A stretch of DNA of 61,896 nt from Trypethelium eluteriae. Its lineage: Eukaryota. The position numbers and the translations under genes were made by a program. This document shows, piece after piece, positions 1-9,866 of this stretch (position 1 is its first letter; every line of letters starts with the position of its first letter). The notes under the pieces are model-generated. The model was given only the letters and a program-made list of their open reading frames with translations, ran no database searches and had not been told where the DNA came from. The stretch lies in assembly GCA_051942245.1 (NCBI GenBank), contig JAVECL010000075.1:1-61896 (forward strand). The letters run 5' to 3'.

Positions 1-39
1 GCGGCGAAGAAGAAGGGGTTGATGGTGGAGGGTAGGTAA
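1..39 (+). CDS. possible 3' end of an upstream gene (AAKKKGLMVEGR*)
   Basis: Open frame from base 1 to TAA at 37-39, followed by T-rich 3'UTR-like sequence. Too short to identify. Confidence 0.25.
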   Translation, partial: AAKKKGLMVEGR

Positions 40-315
40 CGTTTTTGACAGATCAAATTCAGCTGCGAAGAATTTTGTATGCTTCTTTGATTGGCCTGTC
101 TTTCTGGAAGCTTTGTGTGCCCTGGAGGTATGCCTGAGCTAGCTGGGATTACAGATAGATAAGGTGAGCCTCAAGATGATCTGAACAAGAGGTTATCCCG
201 GGAGAAATCTTTGGGTTCCCCGTACTGCACGGATAAACTGCTGGAAGATATTCGAGCATGCAGTAACACCATTTTGTCTCCGTCTCTAATTCTCTTACAA
301 TATGGTCACAAGGAT

Positions 316-1255
316 CTACAGACGGGAGCTTGCTGTCTGTACTTCCTCGGAAGCTTGTGGTTTAGCCGGTTGGTTTTCGGTCCTCGCGGGCAATTCTTGT
401 GCAGTAGTGACTGCAGAACCTGCGAGCTCCGCTGGGATCTGTCTGCCATCTAACTCAGGTCTTATCCCTGCATCGGCCTCCGCCATTTGACGGTTGTTCC
501 TTGCTAGAGTCCAGTCTAAAGACCCTTTACGCTGTCGTGCACGCTGTACCATGCTTCTCAAACGTTTCCTCCCGAAGATCATAACTATACCTATCACGAT
601 GATAGGCGCAAAAATTGCAGCTACAACGATACCAGCAATGGAGCCGCTGGAAAGAGAGCCATGCGAAGAGTGGTGAGGAGCGTTTGTCCGAGCAGACGAA
701 GGACTTGAGGCCGTGGATGATTGAAGCTTAGCTGGATTGAAGGCGAAGGTGGAAGCGGACGGATGTGCTGAGCTCAAGGACGAAAACGTTGCGTTCAGTT
801 GATTATCGTTCACTTTCGCAAGCGGGTTTGCGCCGGTTCCCCAACATACATTCAATTCGCCTGTACCCTTGAAATTAGATGATGCCGTCAACGAAGGTGG
901 CTGAGCCCATTTACCGAGTTTCTGTGTACACGATTGTCTAGATCCGTACCTCTAACGTTAGCTCCACTTCCCTCGAATGATTGCAGACACCATACCCCTC
1001 AGAAAAACAGCAAAATTGAATGGTCTGATCATCTCCACCACAAGTTGATGTCGAGCCATCTGTCTTGCATTTGGTTCCCTCGGTGTAGCATCCGTCTGCT
1101 TCCCCTCCATTACTGCAGCAATACGCCTGCCCTGTTGATGTGCTATGAGCGCATGCGCTGGGCGGTATACATGTAAAGTAGCTGGCGATGTTGCTGGTAC
1201 ATTGCCATTGCGTCAAGTGCGAAGTAAAGAAAAAATCCGTCAGATTATCTCCCAT
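316..1255 (-). CDS. single-pass membrane protein with a 12-Cys ectodomain, Ser-rich stalk, TM helix and EL[D/P/A]-repeat tail (~275 aa)
   Basis: ATG at 1255 (MGDNLTDFFF). Introns 995-938 (GTATGG..GCTAAC..TAG) and 914-861 (GTAAAT..CTAAT..CAG) join ORFs 938..1288 and 316..891 in frame. TM segment SGSIAGIVVAAIFAPIIVIGIVMIF is followed by basic GRKRLR. Confidence 0.75.
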
Positions 1256-2080
1256 GGCGGGTCTGGGTCTGGATCCCGCGAGCAGCAAAGGAAAAGCGGA
1301 AAGGATCTCGAAGATGGACCTGCATTATATGTCGTATATACTAAAACATCGCATAAACCTCCTAACTTCGAATGCGGCTGTGCGGGATGGTTTAAGCTCG
1401 ATGGAGCACCCCGCAGCTGTTGCCTGAGCTCTCGATCAGGATTGCCAAGCGTCGTCCTACGCGGTGGCGCAAATCAATGCCGAGGCCTGTCATGTGTCGG
1501 GCGGCACAAGTAAGAGGTAACGCTTCCCTGCAGGTGGGCAAGAGGTCGCTGTCGCTCCAGAAATAGTAGACAGGCCATCATGCAACCTGAAGCCGTCCAA
1601 ATTAGGTGTAGCGCAGCGGAAGCACCTACACTTTCACCCTTGTCTCCAAACCTAGCCCCTAGGTATGGTTCTAGCGTGACCCCAGCCTACTCCTCTCACC
1701 ATCAGTATCTCAGCGACTGTTCATCGAGTCACCTCTATAAGTGCTATGGCGCCATCTACCATTGAGTGTCCAGCAAAGAAACCCTCAAAGGTTGATGAAT
1801 ACATATTCCGCTGGCTTCCACTCCGGCAGTCATCCTTTAATGAGTAACAGTCAAATTTCTCAATTTCTCTGCTTCTTGGAATAGACAGTGATTAGCTCCC
1901 ATTAGTCATCATGGCATACAATTATTTTTACGTCTTTGAGAACTTAGATGCGCTAGCAGGGGATCCGTAGGTCGGCACTACTCACTCGATGAGTTCATCA
2001 AAGCCAATGAATTCATCAAAGCAGGTCCCAGTCTTGCTCTGGTGGAAGGCAGTGGCGAGTCCCGATATCATTTGCAGATA

Positions 2081-2795
2081 TTAAATACTTACTACTATGT
2101 TACAAATAGCCGGAGATCTCGCCTGTTGATACATTCCTCGAGCGTAGCCGCGGCAGTACAACTGCTTGATAACCGTGCAATCAAGCTTAATCACAAATGC
2201 TATTGCAAAAGCAACGATAACTTCACCACTCATATCCGTCGTAAGCATGATCCTTCTCCAAGTACCTCGGAAGCCCCCAGTTGCAACACCTCGCCTTGTC
2301 GACGCCAGCAAATGTCGAGCTCTTCGATCTCTGACATTAGCATTCGACCCAGACTGAGCGTCGATGAGTCGAATATGATATATACTGGAGAGCCAATCCA
2401 CCCAGTTGAGTTAAGCGAGCGTGTAAACATGGGTCTTGGCGGGGAAAAACAGAAGCTTCTGGCTGGACCCCAAACATCACTTTTCACAAAATTAGGCTTG
2501 CTGTCATTCGCAGGATACTAAGGTATTTTACAAGATCGGCATCGGGAAACCCCAGCAAAATTCCGGCACCACGCAGCACGGACGTAAAATCTCTGAAAGA
2601 ATCCATTTTCATCATTTCTAACACTACACCCAAAACGTGAGCTTCTTGGGAATCGACGTCGACATTAATGAATGTTATTAAGTATATTATCGCTGCGTAA
2701 GTAAGGCCTTGTTTGGATGGAAATTTGGATATTTTATGACCGTGGTGCCCAAGAGTGATAGCGGTATGACTTTTCACTATGGATAAAATAGGCAC
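2081..2795 (-). pseudogene. possible decayed ankyrin-repeat gene remnant
   Basis: Fragments in two frames resemble ankyrin repeats: AIIYLITFINVDVDSQ, SGSNANVRDRRARHLL and LTTDMSGEVIVAFAI..TVIKQL. The region is AT/TpA-rich with many stops. Recognised by eye only. Confidence 0.3.
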
Positions 2796-3612
2796 TGAGT
2801 ATTGAGTCGAAATAAGCTTTGAGGAAAGCGTAGGCCTTCGACTAACGCCTGCTAAACTGATGATAAATCAAGAGCGCGGTTCGGGTGGCGCACGTTTTGG
2901 CCATGAACCAAAAGTACGAAATAGTTCCGGAAGACATCAATTCGGATCTGGGCTCGCTATGCAGGGTGAGGATGCCAGAAAAAAGCAAGAAGATGGCAAA
3001 CACTAAGAGCAGGGATCTAGCAATTAGCCGATATCAAAGCCGCCGACTGCAGGTGCGCAGGTCCCAGCTGTGCCAGCCAACCTCCGCGTTCGGTCGCAGC
3101 CTCGCAGCCTCGATGCGCGATCTCACAAGTGATAACTGATCTTCACCTCGAAATAGGTCTAGGTTCCACCAAAAAGTGCCTTTAGCGCCTTCAGGTCGGG
3201 GGATAAGGCTTGTACTCCCATCATTAACGACGCGATCTTACGCAAAAGGCCTTCTCGGTGCGATTGCTTGCAGCACTGTTGACTCCCAAGCCAATGAAAG
3301 TAGTCAAAAAAACGGTCCGCCTTTCAGCTGAAGGCGGCCTCCGACTCCTTCTAGCATAAAGGCAATGAACCTCATCGATGGCTCCACTGCAAGATCAGCC
3401 TCTTGGCGAGTAATTCGCCAGGGCTCCAGGGGGGGGAAAAAAAGGATGACACGATCTCGGAGACCTCCCTAGGTGGAGAGGCTGGGGCAGAGGCCAGATG
3501 TCGAAGGGTGGTACTACATAACTTGCGCTTGTCGCACTTCGCGACAGAGTGTCGATTGTATTATCGCGATAGCTCTGAGCGTCTTTCCAAGTATTTGTCC
3601 ACATGCGTTCCA

Positions 3613-6600
3613 ATGCAGTCGCCTCCCAACCATTCTCCACAAGGTCCCTTTGACGTTGCCGAGAAAGGCGTCGATCGGACCGACGATGATCGCCCTGTCT
3701 TCAAGACCGAGCATTATGACAAACTCGAGAAGCCTGGCGCAATTCGGATTCTCAATGTCTTCCCTGGTCATCCTGAGGACTTGGAGGTCCACTGCGAACT
3801 CATCCTTGGGACGATTCTGGACTCCAAACAGCGCCTAGAGCACAATCCGCCTATTAAGTTTGTGCCGTATGATGCCTTGTCTTGGTGTTGGGGGATACAA
3901 AACGAGGAATCGTGGATCAACATCCGAAAAGGCGGCACCCGATACGCCAAAGCCGTGCGGTCCGACCTTGTTGCTGCACTCCGCGCTCTTCGGCATCATG
4001 AGCACGACCGTCGATTGTGGATAGATGCCGTTTGCATAGACGAAGACAATGTGACAGAAAGGAATCGCCAGGTTGAGATGATGGCCGACATATATGGGAA
4101 CGCCGATTGTGTACGGATCTGGCTAGGCAATCCGAGCGAATCCAGCAGGATTGCGATTCGATTCATAAAGAAAGAGGTCCTGCAGCTTCAACACTTCGAC
4201 GAATTATGCGAAAGTGAGAAGGCTACCGAGAAATGGAAATCACTCCTGGAACTCATGCAACGTCCGTGGTTCTCGCGACGCTGGGTGGTTCAAGAGGTCG
4301 CACTTGCGAGGAAAGCCATCATCCATTGCGGTTCGGCGAAGATCGCATGGAACAAGTTTGCCGTGGCTGTAGAGCTCTTTGTTGAGGTTGAAACAGCCAC
4401 CCACCGACTGTCCGAGGTCATGAAGAAGGATCCTAAATACTATCATGTTCCCATGTGGTTCGAGTATGTTTCTGCCCTAGGGGCAAGCCTTCTTGTTCGT
4501 GCAACGAGTGAGCTGTTTCGCGATTATCAACACAGCTCAAAGGCTTCTGAGGGTAAGAAAAAGCCGGCTGTCAAGAAGAAATCTTCACCAGAGCCAGATG
4601 AAGTCGACATCGAGTCGGAGGATGACGAAGTGGTGTCTCCCCGTGAACGTGCTCTACAGTACGAACGCGATAGCCTAGAGAATGGGGTGGTTCCGAAAGC
4701 CCAGCCGCTTTTGGACCTTGAATATCTTGTCTGCAGTCTGTCTATCTTCAATGTTTTGAAGCCTCACGATACAATATATGCTTTGCTTGGGATTGCTAAA
4801 GACACAAGTCCCACAGCTGCCAACCAGGAATTTCGCGTCTCAGATCATACCGAAAGAGCATTGGAAATGTTTATGGAGAAGAAACGATACACGGTCAGCT
4901 ACGAGGCGCCGTATGTAGACGTTTGCAAGGAGTTCATCCAGTTTTGCATAGAACGAGCTTTGCATATCGATCCATCTCGGGCGTTGGACGTGATCTGCAG
5001 ACCGTGGGCAGCTGAATTGAGTCTCTCAGCGAAGAGTGCTGACGAAATGTCAATGCCGTCTTGGATCCCTCAGCTTTCAAAAGCTTCTTATGGAATGGAC
5101 ACCAAACCTGGGGTTGAAGGAATGAAAATGGGCCGAAAGAATGCCGACCCGCTCGTAGGCTTGCCCACTCTGACGCATCGAAACTACAAGGCTGCTGAAA
5201 CGAAAGGCCTCGATATGAAGAGTTTTCGGTTTCGTAAGAGAGAATTGGAATTGGAGAATGTCGTGAGTACACAGACAGGGCGAAACCTCATCAAGACTGC
5301 GGAACCAAGCGGAATAGATAATGATGCAAACGTACAAAATGCCAGCCAACCCTATACGAGTCCTGCAGTCCACGAGCAGGACGCTGCGGACGAACTGCAG
5401 CAAGGACAGCAGCTCGAACAAGGAGGGAAAGAGTGTAACGGAGAGAATGGTACCGCTCAAGGGAAAGAGCCATCGAAAACAAGCACTCGGTTAAAGAACG
5501 AATCGCGAACACAGTTGAAGTACTTCAGTATGTACGTTAAAGGATTCATTCTCGACGAGATACAAGATGTGCAGCCTTCATCGCAGAACGGCTCAATACC
5601 GAGCGAATGGGCGGAGTTTGCAGGCTGGAGGAATACGCAAGGCGATCCTCCGGACCGTTTCTGGCGAACTCTTGTCGCTGATCGCGGACGAGACGGCAAA
5701 AACCCTCCGGTCTACTATTCTCGTGCGTGTAAGGAATCCTTCAACAAAGGTAGCTTTCAGAGTGGCACTGTCGACACAAATGGCCTCATCAGTAATGAAC
5801 GCAACTCCGTGGTGGCTCAGTTCTGTCGCAGAGTCCAGGCAGCTATTTGGAACCGGGCGCTTGTCAGGACAAAACACGGAAAGCTTGGGCTAGTTTCCAA
5901 GAATGTTCAAGCTGGAGATTTGGTATGTATCTTGTATGGTTGCAGTGTCCCAGTAATCCTCCGCAAGAATGGGCCGAAGAATCCAGGAGTCTTGGACATC
6001 GAAATGGAATGGGAACTGAAATATTTAGCAGAACGAGCTGCAGGCTACTACAGTAACCATCTGGTGAAAAGAGAAAAGTTCAGGTCGAAGCGGATGGAAG
6101 ATGACGAGCATTATATGAAGTGGGAGCGGGCTAAACGCGAAATGTGGAAGGGCGATAAGCGATGGGCCGACCATTGGAAAAAGACGCGGCAGGCGCTGAT
6201 GCTCATTCATGAATTCAACAGTTGGGTGATGAAAGAAAAGGCGATAGGAAAGAGGTCGAAGAAAGAGATCGAGACACTGGAGAATATGGTCAATGTCGCG
6301 CTGAAAGACAAATGCAACCCTACACGAACTACGGAGCAACAAAAAAGGGTTTGGAAGGAGTTTAAGGACGACAAATCACAGCGTGATCAATGGCAGCGAG
6401 ATAATAACCGGTATTCGGAGGAGGATGGGTTCAGAATCTGGCTTAAGCAGGGAAAAAGGAAGAGTGGATATCCAGAAGAATGGAAGAAGAGTCGGGATGA
6501 ATGGTGCCAAGATCACCAGTGGAAAAATGACTGGAGAGCTGAGAACTCGCGCTTCTTATGCATTGACTCGTTCAGAGCTTGGCTTAGGGAGCAGGGTAAA

Positions 6601-8085
6601 TTTTGCGGGACAAAGGAAGACGTGAAAAATAAGCAAGAATGGGAAGAGGATACTGACTGGCGTCAAGAATGGCGATCGGTACATCAGGACGCCTCAGAAG
6701 ACGACGAATTCAACGCGTGGATGGGTAAGAGCGGGAGGAAGGGCGAGGAGCCTCAAGCGGTGAAGACTCAAGAGGAATTCAATCAATATCTTGAGTGGCG
6801 GAAGCATTGGACACCGGATCCCAAAAACTCTAGTCTCCGCGACTCGATCGATGCTTGGGAAAAGGAGCAAATGAAGCGGGCTACGCAAGAGCGCAATCTC
6901 GATCGATTGAGAGCAGAAGCAGCAAGCAAGCAGCAGAGAGAGCCATTCCTGGAACGCTGGAGGAAAGACTGGACACCACCGACAGTCAATTGGAGGGAGA
7001 TGAGTTTAGCTCTGAGCTACGGTCGTCGATGGAAGCGCCTTGTTGAAGGTGAGAAAAACGATCACATACAAAAATTGAAAGATTCATGGTGCTCGCCGGA
7101 GAAGCAAAAGCAGAGGCAAGCAGATAGACGCAGCGGTTATGAGAAAACGAAAACGCAACAAGATGAAGCTATCCGTAAGCAGAACGCTCGTGTCAGAACA
7201 GCGCGAGACTCAAGCATTTCAAGACACAATGGCGAGCAGAAGAATGATCAGAAAATCGCAGGGCGAAGAAAATCGTCACAAGCAGATTGTGTACCAAAAG
7301 GACATCAGGCTCACGCCAGTGAAGACGGCTTTCCGGACATCAAGACCAATGATCGCGGTATGCAAGTAGGCGATGGAGGGGGCAATGATGAAGTCGGCAA
7401 AGGTATGTGATGGAAGTATCCGTGGTGACGCCAGCTACTGAATCGGGATCCAGAAATCGCAGAGGAGAATCAAATTAAAGGAATACCTGAATCGAACTCT
7501 GGGCCCGCCATGGCTGAGAGGAATCACGACGATGGAAATGAGGGCGATCATAGCATCTTGTTCAAAATCCCAGGCCAAGACTCAGATTCATATAGTTCGG
7601 AAGATCGCACAGATACCAACGAACATAGGTTCCGACTAGACCGAGCAGAGACCTCCGCATTATGGCAAAAACATCAATCGAGCTTAACGCATAATATTCG
7701 GTCGAAAGAGGATCTGAAGTCCAGAATCGAAGAGATGAAGGGACAGATGTCAGGGCCATGGAGAAGACTGCAAGAAAAGATCGAGGAATGCCCGAAGGGC
7801 TGGCGAGACAATATGCCTCGAAGAATGAGGACTGGTACCAAGGTATATGATTACGACTGCGGGCGGAAGGACGGAAAGAGAAAGCTGAGACAAAGACTCA
7901 GTGAAAAGGACGCGTGTGCTTATGGGGAGAAGATAGTTGCGAACCTTCGAGCAAGGCTGGGTGACGACGGTCGATATTGGTATCAGATGTTCGGCGAATG
8001 CTATATCCACGGTATGATGGATGGCGAGGCGATGGCGCATCAAAACAATAAGGGTTGTCCGACCACTATTTTCGAGATTCGCTGA
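3613..8085 (+). CDS. HET-domain (heterokaryon incompatibility, HET-6-like) protein with a large internal insertion (~1473 aa)
   Basis: HET motifs YDALSWCWG, LWIDAVCIDE, QVEMMADIY and RPWFSRRWVVQEVALA (3868-4310). C-terminal HET-6-type motifs GDLVCILYGCSVPVILR and FGECYIHGMMDGE. First ATG at 3613. A 51-nt intron 7403-7453 (GTATGT..CAG) joins ORFs 3403..7410 and 7510..8085, which share a frame. Confidence 0.9.
6145..6858 (+). repeat. five degenerate Trp-rich protein repeats, [WF]xxDxxWxxxW-x12-FxxW, inside the HET gene
   Basis: Copies start at 6145, 6361, 6502, 6640 and 6778 (spacings 72, 47, 46, 46 aa) with identical internal spacing. Confidence 0.8.
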
Positions 8086-8933
8086 TGTTGTCTTATCTGG
8101 CAAAGGGTTAATCTCAGTGGCCGCACAAAATGAACAAGTCGGATATTGTACCTTGCGACTATGCACAAGCAGCCTTCGCGGCTAACGTTATCGAGTCATT
8201 CTGGTGCTCGACTACTGTATGCAGGCGAATGTGCTCCTACAGAGGTATTCGATTGGTCAAACGCTTCCTCGGCCCCTGCGTCTACTGTCTGTCGTCCTGC
8301 ATAATAAGGCGTCCGTGTGAGACCTCCTCTGGCAGTACTTATTGGGGGCTCATTGGACGGTCGCGAGATTGGTAGTTATGGCGTGGTGCTATTCTCCAGG
8401 AAACCTACCTGCAAATCAGCGGAGGAATCCCATTTTCGGACAAGCGATCGGTCTTGGAACCTGACTCTATTTACGGAATGTGCGCTGTATACATGTGGTT
8501 AACGAAGAATATGACCTGGATGCCGTTTCTCAGATCTGTCCGTTGGAAGAGAGTGCGTGCTTTGGCAACTCATCTTATGCGGAGAGATGTACAAGTTTAC
8601 AGACTCTAAACGGAGAACTTCTTATCCATCCTTTACGTCAGACGCAGCCTTTCCCAGATCCATCCATTCGACGTATCCTCAGGAGACTGCATCATCTTAT
8701 TGATTGTTGCAGCTTCTTCAAGTCATAATTTGACGGCCAAAGACACTTGACCGGCCAAACATTCTCTCTGTTAGACGCATTCCCGCGAAGCAGATGGGAT
8801 TCAGTTCCTCCTCAGAAAGACTTCCGCCATATTCCGAAAATATCAGTCACCTCCTCGAGTAGCCCTTTAGTTGCACTCCCCGGAACGGAAGACATTCCTA
8901 GCAGGTCATGCACCTATAACTTTAGTCAGTTCC

Positions 8934-9866
8934 TTAACCCACATAATAAGTGCCAAATTTCTGTTGAGCTCCAGCTAAATCTCTTTTGGACCGTTCATCT
9001 ACTACACTCCTCTCTTTAAATGAGGCTCCAGGCAATTCATGCCTTGTAATCGGCGTTCCATACTCCTGGAGATGCTCTCTAAACCTGTACGGAATCTGTC
9101 CAACGAGCTCTCTTCGCTCCGCCGCAGGATCCAGCTCTCTGCGTTCCGTTTCTGCATCGAACTCTCCCCGCCCGGTCTCCTCATCAAGTTCTCTCCTCTC
9201 TATCTCTACACGGAATCCATGCTGCTTCGTACTTGGATCTGTTAATGTCACATCTCCCCAACGTTTGACCACGCGCGATTGACTACCATCTTTGACTTTT
9301 GAGCGTAGCCTTCGGCGAAGCAAAAGCCATACCAAGGCAAATAGCAAGATTAGACCTGCGCAAGCGCCAATTACGATACCTGCGATTTCTCCGCCTGGAA
9401 GATGATGATGCCCTGGCTGTGACGCATTCGATGTGGCGACCGACAACGAAGATGTACTTGTGCCTGTAAGCGGGGATATTTCTGACGAGGAAGCGGTCGT
9501 CACTGTTGATAACACTGTGAGAGTCGAAATCTCATTCATTGATTCTGACCTGGCTGTTACGGTATCTGTTATAGTATTTTCAATCGATTCGGTTTGAAAT
9601 TGACTTTGGAATTGAGTCTGAGTTTGAGTTTGAGTTTGAGTTTGGAAGATAGTAGTGACTCCTTTTTATGCATGATCATATTAGAGACAGTCGGTATCGA
9701 TGTATGCGCAGGCACGCTTACCGCCATTTTGGTTGATAATCTGGCCACCGTCATTGTTGCCGTCATTGGTCCCGTCTCCTCCCGCAAATGCGGTGGCTGC
9801 TGCAGTTGCACCGTTCGATAATGTTTGCGAGAAGATCACGGCGCCTGTGTTCTCGAGAGATCCCAT
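8934..9866 (-). CDS. single-pass membrane protein with a G/N/Q-rich N-terminus, QT repeat, S/T stalk, TM helix and ERRELD-repeat tail (~290 aa)
   Basis: ATG at 9866 (MGSLENTG); an additional upstream exon cannot be excluded. Intron 9721-9662 (GTAAGC..CTAAT..AAG) gives an in-frame join to ORF 8934..9539. TM segment GEIAGIVIGACAGLILLFALVWLLL is followed by RRRLR. Confidence 0.75.
9612..9641. repeat. hexamer microsatellite (TTGAGT)n encoding (QT)n on the minus strand
   Basis: ttgagtctgagtttgagtttgagtttgagt read directly; it lies in exon 2 of the 8934..9866 gene. Confidence 0.8.

Noticed and set aside
1988..2022. Short direct repeat gatgagttcatcaaagc / aatgaattcatcaaagc
   Set aside because: Only two adjacent copies with no spacer structure or element ends; likely slippage, not a CRISPR array or target-site duplication.
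7408..7410. Stop-codon readthrough or a nonsense mutation between the two same-frame HET ORFs
   Set aside because: A canonical GTATGT donor at 7403 and a CAG acceptor at 7453 remove the stop in frame, so splicing is the simpler explanation.
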